Positions 50,765-63,300 of a stretch of 64,000 nucleotides of DNA are shown piece by piece. Each line of letters starts with the position of its first letter. The stretch's first letter is position 1. The stretch lies in contig MU619253.1 of assembly GCA_025201805.1 (NCBI GenBank), forward strand, positions 2,202 through 66,201. Reading direction: 5' to 3'. This DNA is from Parasitella parasitica NRRL 2501 (lineage: Eukaryota > Fungi > Mucoromycota). The notes below the pieces were generated by a model, which saw only the letters and a program-made list of their open reading frames with translations, had not been told where the DNA came from and did no database searches. The translations under genes and the position numbers were made by a program.

Positions 50765-53273
50765 CTACCACATGTTGCATTTCTTTTGCGGGTTCATGGG
50801 GCTACCGACAGGACAATTAAATGCCTTTGCAAAATTAGCACTATTCTGAACGGCACCATTTACTCGAGCTTCATCAGGTGAGTGTTCCTCAGAGTAAATC
50901 TATAATAAAGCAGTTAGATATACGAGAGCTCTAGGTAATTTTCTGCTGTAGCTATTTTACCAATTGTTGCGTAAATTCTGGGCGTCTTACTCCACACCAA
51001 AGACGACCAAAATTAACATAAAACAATGCTTCAGGCGACAAATGTTCCAAACCAGGCAAAGTTTCTTCTTGCTTAGCGAGCTTTCTGTATGCCGCTAATG
51101 CAGCTGCAATACCGCCATTGTCAGCCAGGTTTTCTCCCAATGTCAAATTACCATTGACATTTAAGGTAGTGTTGCCAGGACCAGACACATTGAATTTGGA
51201 ATACTGATCAACAAAACACTGTGATTGGTCTTCGAATTTGGCAGAAGTGTCGTTTGTCCACCAATCATCCAAGATACCACGGCCATCGTATTTTCTGCCA
51301 GAACTATCAAAAGCATGCTACATGTCAATGTTAGTACGACATGTACGCATCACTAGCATTCGATGAGTGTAACTTACAGTGATTTCATGCCCAATAACCA
51401 CGCCGATACCACCATAATTTAAATAATCAGGGTATGTTGCATCGTAAAATGGAGCCTGCAGAATTCCAGCAGGTATCACGATCTCGTTACCATTAGGTGT
51501 ATAATAAGCATTGACAGTTTGAGGAGACATGTACCATTCGTCTTTATTAACCTTTTGACCAGCCTTTTCCCACATTTTTCTGCTATACCAGGAGGTAATA
51601 AGAGTTTCAGTTTCATAGAAGCTAGTTTCGTTGATATAAATCCCTTCGTTGTATTTCTCGATAGACAAGGGTTGTCTTATATCAGGTGAAACGGTACCGT
51701 AAGCAACCTTATGAGCAATCAAATTGACCTGGGATTTATTAATATTCACTGCTATCTTATTGTAGAGCAATGACTTACCTTTTCAATAGCTTTTGCTTTG
51801 GTTTGTTCATCAAGCCATTCAAGTTCGGGAATACGGTCCAACCAAGCTTTATGGACATTGCTCAAGAAAACTTCGGCCTTCTCTCTCTCTTGTTCAGAGC
51901 CAAACTTCTTGAGCGTGTAATATCTACCAAGTGACTCACCAAAGGAATTGCTGACATAGCTAGTGCAAATTTCCCAGCGAGGACGGCTGGCTGTGGTGCC
52001 AGATGAAATTGCACCGCTCATCTTATTAGAAGCTTCACGAGATGTGCTATCCAAAGTATAGGACATGCTCATAACGAATTTGATGATGAAAAATTCTTGT
52101 AATGTTTGTTCTGTGATAATTCTGCTCGAGAGCAATTTGTGGAGTCTTTCGAAATACTGAGGTGCCCTGTTGATGATTATATCAGGCAATGTAGTGTTGG
52201 GAGAGAGACCAAAGCTGAGGATAGAGGTCCAGTCAACCAATGGATTTTGTGCCTGGAACTCTGACAGCTTGATTGGGTTGTACAGTTTTGTTGGATCCTG
52301 CATTTCGTCTGCCTTCAAAGTGATATTGGCCAATTTTGATTCAAAGTCGATGAATCTGTCAACCGCAGCAGCTACTTTCTCGTTGGACCATCTTTTAAAG
52401 TTGAACTTTTTGCTTTCGGTCTCGCGCAATGTGGCGTCTTCTGTTCCATTTGAATACTCACCGATGATTTTTGATAAAATATCATTCAAGCCCGCCTTGT
52501 ATGCTGCCAATGTTTCAGGTACCTCGTAATATTCTTTGGAAGGCAATCCAAGCTCAAGTTGGTCAAAGAGAATGCTATTGATTTCAGGATTCTTATCATC
52601 AGGATTAACACCAAACGAAAAGAGCGAAGGAACAAAAAGTTGCTTGAACTTGGTCATTGTTTGACTAACTAATGCGGTAGCACGGCTGCTGAATATTTGT
52701 TTCCCATCTCTAACGGGGAACAGTACATTTTCAATACTAGCAATGTCCTGATAAATAGGAGTAGGTCCTAGCGAGTTGATTTGGTCTTCATTGGAGCAAA
52801 CATTGTAGTATTTCTGCATTGTATTAAAGTTTCGTTTATCAGCTTCTTCTTGATCCTGGCGATGAAAACCATCATCTGAACTGACGAGAGACTTGTAAGC
52901 GTCCTCATACGTGCCTTCCAAGATGGATCGCATCACTTCCCTATTCGCATCGCCTATTGTATCAAATGTTCCTAAGGCTATCGCAATAATTAGAAACACA
53001 TGCAAAAGAGGTTAATACAGACAATAACATACAAGCTCTGTCTTCAGGGATAGTTTTATTTGCGAGCCAGCTTCCACCTTTAAAAAATATTAGATATGCA
53101 AATATACGGGCATTAAGCGCAAATAACAACATACATGTATACTGATAAAAATCAGAACACGGATCTACATTTAGATCGACATCATTCAGGATTGATTTTG
53201 CAATAGCAGCGCATTCTGGAGTTGAACATGCTGTCGAATTGCTTGTGTTGTTGGATAGAGAATTCGTTGCCAT
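50765..53273 (-). CDS. M13 zinc metalloendopeptidase, copy 4; multi-exon
   Basis: Same exon structure and motifs: 'CSTPEC', '[11 protein letters not shown]', 'VNAYY', 'HEIT|HAFD', 'GENLADNGG', 'KCNMW*'. Confidence 0.93.
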
Positions 53274-53318
53274 TTTTTATTATTGAAAATCAAAAAGAAA
53301 AGGTGCATTTGATTCTGC

Positions 53319-53326
53319 TTTATATA
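53319..53326 (-). promoter_or_regulatory. TATA box of M13 copy 4 (similar boxes at 28183-28189 and 48941-48948 for copies 1 and 3)
   Basis: TATATAAA about 45 nt upstream of the ATG. TATAAAA and TATTTAAA lie about 65-70 nt upstream in the other two intact copies. Confidence 0.55.
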
Positions 53327-54849
53327 TAATTAAATAACAAAATGCGGATCGCATAATAAACAAAGGATTATTGTCTCAAGTCCTGTTATATCAATGAGCC
53401 CTACTTTATCTCCATGCTTATCTTCGCAGCTATAATGAATTCAACACTCCTAAATTTGCTTAATTAGGGTGGCGACCATATAGAATCAGAGTTACATCTA
53501 TATTCGGGCTTTATTGTTTCGGTCAACAATGAGGAAAAACATATTCTGGTCGTACCACAAGGTTGCTTCAGTCTCTTTTTTTTTTGTTTTTTTTTATTCT
53601 TTTGGATTTGAATTCATGCTGGCTACCATGCGGTTATTTGAATCATGACAGAAGACATTTTTTTTACTAAAATGCAGAAATATTGCAATTACATAAGAGT
53701 TGTTTATATTGCTAATCCGGGTTAGAGATCCATGTTTTCTTTGACTTGAATACTAATAAAAATAACCACATATATGGGAATTTCCAATTGTATTGCTGTT
53801 TGTTGTTAAATGTGTTTTTGGGGTCATTGTACAAAGTCATTAATGATTTCTAAAACCAATATGTGATGCGTTTCTGGTCAGTTAAACGATAGAGAAAGAA
53901 GCCAAGTAAGAATATGCATGAATGTAACTGTCGTAGTAATGTCATCTCATCAACGCGATCAGGTATTTTCATCACGTTGTACTTTCTGCTTGTCCATATT
54001 GTTATCCAAGTTTTTCTGTTCTGAGTATGCCTTGAGTATCTAGTTCAACACAACGGAAAACTCTGATAACTTCATCAACCCTTTTTTTTATATATATCTG
54101 AGGCCAAGGTGGAATCAGAATTTCATGACTAAGACTGCAACGTAGCAAATCAATATGAAAAACTTAAATGGCTCGTCTGCAAGGTCGATGATTCTCAGAA
54201 AACAGCCTTTCATAATTGGATATAGGTACCTTCCCTTGTGCGATCTAACAAACCGTTCGCTGCTGTTGCACAGCGAATGAGGCTCGATCACCATATAACA
54301 AAAGCATCAACATTGTTTGGAAAGCCTCATTTAAAATTACAAGTATTTATTGAAGATAATTGGGTTTCCAAGACATAAAAAAAAAAATACAAATGTTTGT
54401 TCAATACGCGAAAAAAATTGAGATGCTAAAAAGACTTATTTTCGTTCATTTGTAGGTTCAAATGTATTAAGCTTGGGTAATCTCACAAAAATGTAAAAAA
54501 AAAATATAAAAGCTCTGATATATATATTTATATTGTAAAATCATACTGAAAAATAAAATAAAAACAGAAATAACTTCTGTAAAATGCTTTCCATTATGAA
54601 CTCTCGAAGCAATATAGAGGCTCAGGATGGTTAATTCTGCTAGCGGGATTTGAATTCAGATTGGAGCTTGTCTCAATCGTTGGCAATTTTGTTGGAAATT
54701 GCCATTTCCAGAAAAACAATGCTCTTTAAAGAATATTTACAGATCCAAACGTGTAGTTAATACACAAAAAGGTAATAAGAATAATGGTGGTGCCAAATGT
54801 GCTCTGTGCACTCGTGTTATATACTTCTGAGGTTTTCTTATTAAATTGC

Positions 54850-55232
54850 ATTGGTATTTTAGAAAAAGCGAGTTTTTAATTTATTGTAAAAAACTCAAAA
54901 AATTTGGTCTGTAACCTACAAATAAACATTACCGTCATATAGGGACAATATACTGGAAAAAATACGATTAATACACACCTTAATAAAAAAACCTCGTTTT
55001 TCGACTGAAAAACTGACTTTTGTCGAATTGGACTTTTCAGACGAGGTGCCATAAGGCCAAAATCGAGCCGAAAAAAAGTTGTCTTAAAAACTTCAGGAAG
55101 AACATGTTGATTAAAAGTAACTGTCTCGTACAATTTTGAGCAAACGACATAACCTAAACCATGCTAAAAATAACATATAAGGTTCTAAAATAGGCCAATT
55201 TTGTAGCTGTAGCAATACTTTTCGAGCCTGTA
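54850..55232. mobile_element. Possible solo Tc1/mariner-like terminal repeat remnant
   Basis: The right end reads (minus strand) TA-CAGGCTCGAAAAGTATTGCTACA, similar to Tc1-family ends (TA + CAG...AAAAGTATT). No partner TIR found in the window and the left boundary is approximate. Confidence 0.3.
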
Positions 55233-55539
55233 CAAAACTACATAATATATCTATTAAGCATGTCTTGTATAAAGATAGACTACGCGTTTTCCTCAATAGC
55301 GATCATGATTTCCGAGCCTTGATTTTGCCAAGCTAAATACAAGCTGTCTTCTATGTACTACTGAACATACATCTATTTGATACATAATATTTAGCTTATG
55401 TATGTTCCACATATTTCAAAGCAGGTGAAATAATACAGTCTTATTTAAAATCGTTTCCAACTTAACAGCCGCGCCTGAAAAATGAGAACAAATGTACATA
55501 TAGAAGCTTTATTTTCTTTCAACAACACTATTCAAGGCT

Positions 55540-56060
55540 TTAATACTTGTTCTCCCTCATTGAAGTTCCATTTGGGTAATTGTTAAGCTCACAGTTAGGG
55601 CCAATAGGAGATACACCACCTGAGCCATCAATGTTATTCCAAGATGGGACACCTGTACGCACCAAGGCGGCAGCTTCTTTGTCAGTTATATGACATGCAT
55701 CAAAACCACTCTCCACTGGTCTCAAGGGCCGCCAACGGCCATTAGTTCGCTTTGCTGTGGGCTAAACCAGTCTTCAGGATCAAAATTAGTGATTACACGT
55801 TCACTAAAATCAAGATCAAAGGCAGTAGATCCAGCCTTGATGACTTCAGTAACAGAATCTGAGCTAGGAACAACGTTTTTCTTGGTTGGCAAAGGGTGCG
55901 TCCCAATAATAAGAGCATAATCATGACATTTAAGAGATACAGCTTGATGATGATCAAGACTTAATTTTCACCTAGATCCAAGTTTCTTTTTTTGTTGTTG
56001 GATTCCTACATAGGGCGCTGGCTTGTATTTGCTATGATTGAGATGTTTTCTTGTATTATG
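55540..56060 (-). pseudogene. Frameshifted coding relic of unknown family
   Basis: Coding-like composition in an AT-rich region. 'AVSLKCHDYALIIGTHPLPTKK..DFSERVITNFDPEDWF..AVGGP' continues in another frame as 'LRPVESGFDACHITDKEAAALVRTGVPSW..RENKY*' after a 1-nt shift near 55726. Confidence 0.45.
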
Positions 56061-57345
56061 ATAAACTTATTTTTATGTATTAAAGAGGACCTCAAAGTAG
56101 GATGTCAAACCTTTTGTCATTCTTCGAAAATGAACGAATAAAGAAGGGTTTTGTACAAATTATATTGGCAAAAGTAAATTAATTTACTATTATGGCTACT
56201 GGCTTTGTTACACTGAAAAATAAAATAGTGTTATGGAAAATGGCCTGATTGCCTTTAATTAATTATCGATTTGACAACAAAGTTGAATGTATTAAATCAA
56301 GGGGGAACAACAAGGAGATACAGACAGAAGCCAAGGTACTATATCAGCCTCTGTAATTGTATGGTAGTTAAATTTAAGAAATCGTTGAAGATCGTTGCAG
56401 CATGTTTACAAAATCCAGGAGTATGTAATTACTAATTACCATGGCAACGAAATGGATTAAAATTTAGGAACAACTTTTTACCTCTGTAATTGAATATTTG
56501 AAAACAACATATAGCATGATCAACGTACTTTATTCATTTACTTGCAATACTGGACACGAGAACGCTTGGCACGCAGTAATGATACATTGCTTACATAGTA
56601 TGACCAGAAATAGGTTGTTACAAGCAAATTATATCTATATAAAACAAGCTGATTATGCCAGTCTTGTTAACAATCGCCTCGTTCTCCTTGTGAACAAAGC
56701 TCCAGAGTCATTAGTAGAATGCATGAAATACATATTAATATGCACAATGAATAGTTCGGTGAAAAAGCCTAGAAATTTTTGCTGAGGAAAGCATTATCTT
56801 AAAATTGGCTAGGTAATGTTCCATTGAAAAGCAGGTGCCTGTCATTTGCCAGGGACACAAATATCACATATTATTATATCAGTGTTAAAAAAGTTGAATC
56901 AGTAAATAACATGAATATAGTATGTATCATCCCGTTGATTTCATATGGTAAAATATTCAAATGTATAACTTGTCAAAGGTTTATCCGGTCATTTTGAATG
57001 TTTATCAATAGTGAATGAGCAAAGAGGGGAGGGGGAGAGGGGGGGGGGTGCACAATGCCAACCAACCATCAAAACCGTATAGTTCACTCCTAATATAATG
57101 AGGGTCTTCTGCTGCCTTAACCCCGCTTTGCCCCGAGCAATATCGTTTGGGTGTGCAAAGGGTTATTGAATTCACTCTTTTTTTTTTTTTTTGTTCTTGT
57201 TGTTGTCCCCTTTCCATTCTTTATTTTCTTTCTTTGTAACCTTCAAATCTATTTTCAACATTTTGCATTTTCTTTTTTTTTTTAAAAATATATTCTACAA
57301 CATTTCACACATTTTTTTGTATGCTATTTGATCTCTAAATCGTAA

Positions 57346-60300
57346 ATGAGTCCAGATACAAAGCTTATCGCGAGCTTAGTGAATCGCATACTTGTTAGGG
57401 TAAATTGAACAGTAACAGAGGCAATAACAACATAACGAAAGCTTAATTCAAATTTATCAATTATTTGTTTTGCAGTTGCCTAGCAATAGTGGAAAAAAAC
57501 TAGAAGTCTTAGAAAATGATCCGCTTGTAAATCAAACGTATGTATTTTACGATAATTGGATCATGAAATCAATTTGCTAATTATTTTCCATTTTTTTTTA
57601 TACTCCAGAGGTACAACTAGGATGAAAAATGTGGGGGGATGAAACTTCTAGGTCAAAGCTAATCTCATTTTAGTTGCTGCTTTGATTGAATTATCAAAAT
57701 TTAGGCTGCCGACAATTACAGTTACCCTGCTGAATCTACTCGATAGTATAAAGGTAACATGTCATGGATAACGGAAGCCCAGTGTAGACTAACAAAAATT
57801 ACCTAGATGCCATCAAACGAAGAACATTTCCCGTACGAAAATTTGCAATCTCAGTTATTTGTACTCCGTATGTTATCAGCCTGCATGCAACATCACTGGC
57901 AGTATGTTCGAGATGTGAAATCAGATAATTCGTCTGCAAAAACTGCTTCCGTTGGCGGATATGAAGGTTCGATAAACAGTTTGGATAGCTCAACGCATCA
58001 TAGCAGATGGACTATAGCGGATGGGCCCCTTCCGATCGAGATGGAAGATCCACCACCCTATGACGATGCTATTGCAAAAAGTATCATCAATGTCATATCA
58101 CGGATTATGCATCAGACAACGATTATGGAGGAAAGAGAGTACGGACAAGCTACAAACCATGTTACTCAGATTACGAGAACGGAATACTATACTGCCAGTA
58201 ACATCTCCCGGACTTCTGCTGATATTGTACTCGATATTTATAAGGCTTCGAGCAGAGTGATAGCGTATTTGAGTGCTAGTAACTGGAATGCTGTGTTTTC
58301 AAAGATCAAGATGCGACTCCTTTACTTAGCAACTACTACAGACGAGAACCCGGAAACATCTGACATGAGATTGCTAGAATGTTGCTCATTAAATTCAAAA
58401 AGGCTCGGTCAAGTCCTTTCAGGTACGCATAGTTTAATCATTCTATACACGAGGCTCCAAATACTAAACATCTGTTTAAACAGAATTTTGTAGCAGTTTC
58501 TCGAGCTTGAAGAAATCGACGCAGCTCATTGTAGCTGCAATATTGCGAAGGGCGATCTGGGGTTGGATCGAGACATATCCGGGCGAATTCATGCAATTAT
58601 GTCAAAACCAAAAGAAATTAGAAGGAGGTCCAGATGTACTGTTCGATATTTGTTTGTCATTAGCAGATACGACTAGAAAGAAGGCTATTTTATGGCCTTT
58701 GCAGACAATGCTCTTAATCCTTTGCCCTGATATTTTATACGCCTCTGTAAATCCAGAAGGACACCGCAGCACTAATACCAAAAAGTCCTTATTCCTCGCA
58801 ACGCTCAAAAGCTCATTGAAGCCTGGCAAAATGGCAGAATTAGCAGCAATTTGTTATGTAGATATATGCAAAGCAGCAACCTATGTCGCCAAATCGGATA
58901 CATCAGCACTTCGACATATTGTTCCTGACGTAGAAAATGAATTGCGAGGACAACTGTTTGATCCCGAGAAACCCTTGATTGCAGACAGTCTAATGAGTGG
59001 ATTAGGTATCATTATTGATCACAGGTCTTTATTGGCAGATTGTCTAGTGGCGATGTTCCGTTTAAATCCTAGGCACGCACTGCGAAGCTTATTCCCGGCT
59101 TGTCTTGACCAGCGTGCACCAACTTTGTTCAAAATCAGCCTCGTAAAGGCATGTCTAGCCATCGCCTCGGAAGAAAACCGACTTCCCTGGAATCCATCAG
59201 CAACAGTCTTGTACGACTCACTGTCAGGGCCACTGCGGAAGCTGTTTATTGAATTCGCCAGCAAAGACTATTCCAAATTGGACTCTGGCGGCGTCAACTA
59301 TGGCCCCAATGCACGCAAAAACATTATTAGCAACTCTGCTAATGATAAAAAGTCCAAAAAAGACGTTACTCGTGTGGATCAAACTAGCGAACGCTTGGAA
59401 TTGATCCTTGACATGTTGCGATTGTATCAGATTGACCCCAAAATTGCAATCAAGGTAATGCTGCTACTACTGGCGCGCTGACATGTTTAGATGGCACATT
59501 ATACTAACACATTTCAAAAATCCAGGGTGAAAGCGATGACCGTTTCGAAAAAAACGCAGCAGCGTTAGTTTCTATTACCAACTGTTTACGAGAAAGCAAC
59601 CAATATGTCAGAGACGCAGCTGCCATGTGTTTATTCAAGCTTCATTCACCCACCTACATTGTAGAATGGAGCCCGTCGCCCAATTTTGTCGAATCTTTCT
59701 GGAAGATTTCATCTCAAATCGTATTTACTTTGGCCAAACAGCTGCTGGACAATCGTGAACGAGATGATGGAATCAAGCGACTGTTGGAACTTCTCAAGAA
59801 GCTGTTTGAGTCGAGAAACTCTTTTTTGAAAATGCATCAGGTACAAGGAAAACACGACGTGTATATATGTAGTTTACTTACTTTTTCAACCACCAACCAC
59901 CAACCACCAGGAAATTGCAATGCAAGGATCAGACACAAGGGAGAGACTACAAGCTTCGATCGGCTTGGAGGTTGCTTTACTAGTCCTTCTGTGTTCTTCC
60001 GATATCGAGATTTGTACATCTGCTATTGCTTGTTTCGGCCATATCTGTACGGAATCGCAGCTCACCGACAGTACAGATGATCCACACCAAGCTATTCTTA
60101 TGGTGGTGGAAAATTTCCCCATCTACCAGCAGTTGTCTGCTAATAACGGAATCGTTACGGGCAGAAAATCACAACAAAAGCAGATTCGAAAGCTCTTACG
60201 CATGATGACACATTACGCACCTGGTAATCTTGCCGCCTGGGAAGAAGCTTTCAAACGTTGGAAATACATGACACCCTCTGTGTTGAAACCGAATGAAGAT

Positions 60301-63300
60301 TCAAAAGACGATGTCCAAGAGAGCATCAATACAAGCAGCGGCAATGCAAAGAAAGGAGGCCAAGCATGGCATGATAAACTAAGAAATCCTACCTCATCAT
60401 CAAACAGACAAACACATTCCATCGCTGTAATCAGCAGACCAGAAACCAACGCCTTTAACGACGACGATAAATCTTCAGAGTGGCAAAATTACGCAGGATT
60501 TCTGGCAGCACTCGGTGGTATTTGTCTAATGGCAGAGACAGTGCCAACTGCACAAACATCTTCAGCAGCACCCGCATCTCGTGGCGGTCTAAATGAGCAA
60601 TCTTCGTTTAGGCGCATTTCAGCACCTACTGAATCGTCTGCCATGGTGAACAAATTTGTGGTGGATATGGTTGATCTGTTGCTGTGCGATAACATTATTG
60701 TCCGCGAGTGGGTTAAAGAAATCTTGGGCACCGATCTATCGCCCGCATTATATCCAATGCTGTTTCGCTATATGGAAACTGTGCTGGCAAATTACTTTGG
60801 CCCAGATGGCGACCCAATTTGCAGCAGTGGAAATACCTTGTTTGTCGAGCAGGCCATTAGTGTTTTGAAGCTTGTTCTGGATCGCATGGAAGACTCGCCC
60901 GAGAATCTCTTGACTGTTGACTTTAGCAGCCTCATCAATCAATATGCTAAATATCTAAACAAACTTGGGAGCGGGCAGTCTGCGCTCAAGATCAAGATCA
61001 AGTTCTGCCAGTTGACTGAGGTTTTAATGATGAAGAAGGACAAGGTAACTTTGCGCCAAGAGTTCAGACTGAGAAACAAGCTGCTTGAAATCATTGTTGA
61101 GTGGACAAGCGATTTCTCGTTGGTAAGTAGACGTGCTCCTTTGGACAGAGCCCCATGCTAATCAGTCTAGTAGAAACCTGAGTCGTCTTCAGGTCAGTAT
61201 TCTTCGTTTGAAGTCACTCAAAGCGAGAAATTGCACAGAGAGCTGGACTTGGCCTGCTTGAACACAATTATTGGATTGTTACATCAGCTACCTCTCCAAT
61301 CTGCCGACCCTGTGCATGAAACAGACTCTACTCCTATCAAGAGTCGAATCTTTTTCAAGTACTTTACCTTTTTCCTCAAGCTATTGAACAGATGCAGAGA
61401 CTCAGAGACCGAATTTGATAACTCTGTCCATCGTCTTCGACATCCCGACATGATTACGCACCCTGCAAACGGAAAGGTTTGTATCACATACATGTAGAAA
61501 TGCTTGTGCGCTAATATCCCGAGACTAATTTAGAACAAGGAGAGCATGTCGACTTATTTGGCGCCCCTAAAGGAGAGCACTATCCTGGCAATGTCAAACC
61601 TATTAAGCGCGAATGTGGATGCAGGCCTCAAATATTCTCTATCCATGGGTTATCATGACGACCCTCAAATGAGAACAGCGTATATGAAGGTCCTCACAAA
61701 CATCCTCAATCAAGGCACTGAATTTGAGACGTTGGCTGAAACTGTCATTACCGATCGATACGAGAAATTGATTGATGTAAGTGTTTTGCCTCGAAAGATT
61801 TTGGTTCAAATTTGACCGACAGTATTTGTAGATGCTGGTGGGCGTCGATCTTAGCATCGCTTTATCTCTTTGTGATGTGTGTCCTGCTTCAGATATTGAA
61901 GATGCTGCAAATGCACTGCTTGCATGTTTTTCGTCCAGGGGACAGTCTTTGGTGTTGCTCAAAGCAGTGATACAAAAGGAAGTTCAAAACACAGGTAAGA
62001 CAAGCCATGTTGGTGTTAGTGAGCATGTATTTATGAGACCAAAACAGATAGCGAAACTGAATTACTGCGAAGAACGAGTATTGCGACAAGGCTCTTGTCC
62101 GTATTTGCAAAGCAAAATGGCGCGGATTATGTTCGATCCGTGTTGCAGCCCGTATTTACCAAGCTGGCTGAAAAACCACTGGAAGAAAGAACCTTTGAGC
62201 TGGATCCCTCTAAGGTTGGCAGTGGTGAAGATGTGTCGAGAAACAAACAGAATGTTGTCAACGCTACGGAAATGTTCCTGAATGCCATCTGTGCCTCTGC
62301 TAATGAAGCTCCTAAGGCCTTCCGAGAAGTGTGCCATTGCATATTAACATCTGTGCGCGAGCGTTACCCTGAAGCCAAGTATACAGCAGTGGGTGCGTTT
62401 ATCTTTTTGCGTTTCTTTTGTCCTGCGATTGTGTCGCCCGAATCCGAAGGTTTAATCAAACCAAACGTTGTTGTATCTCGCGATATGAAGCGTGGACATT
62501 TGATTGCTACCAAAGTAATTCAGAATCTCGCCAACAATGTTCTCTTTGGCGCAAAGGAGACGTATATGATTGTGTTAAATGATTTTCTGACGAGCAACAT
62601 CTACAAGGTGACAAGTTTCTTGCGTGAGATATCCAACGTTCCCGCTACTATTACTTCTGCCGTCAACGCTACACCTATGGAGCGCACTAATAGTCTCGGC
62701 GTCAAAAATGATACCAATAGTGTAGCTAGTGCCGTAAGCGCTGATGATGCTATGCTCGAAGTACGGCCTATGGAAGATAAGGATTACAGCTGCTTGCATC
62801 GTGTGTTGTTTGACAATATGGAACGCATTTCAAGAGAATTGACTACGCGTAGGATGCGACAAAATGCAGATCAAGAAAGCGCTGCGCAATGGAAACGACA
62901 GTTTGATAAGTTCTCCAATTTATTGGCCCAATTGGGTAGACCACCAGAGATCTCGAAGCAAGAATTCAGCGGATTAAGGAGCTATACATTTGCTGCTGCC
63001 AATCAGTTGTATGCAGAGTTCATGCGCAGAAATAGCCACCGTAGTGTGGAGTCTATTGTGTCCAAAAACATCTTTTACGAAGGTGGTGTCTCCAAATCCA
63101 ACAGACCAGTATTCTATTTCATTGCTAGAAATATCATTGCTGACAGCATTGATTTCGAGTTGATGGTGTATCACATTTTACAGGTAAGCAAACATAAGGC
63201 TGTGCCTGAATTGCAATTAACCGTATGCGGCAGACAATGGAGCGAGCATCCAACAAGAGCTTGGAGCTTGTGATTGATATGACCTTGTTTAGCCCCGCAA

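Noticed and set aside
56349-56492. 12-bp direct repeat CCTCTGTAATTG about 130 bp apart
   Set aside because: Only two copies in AT-rich DNA, with no array or element structure.
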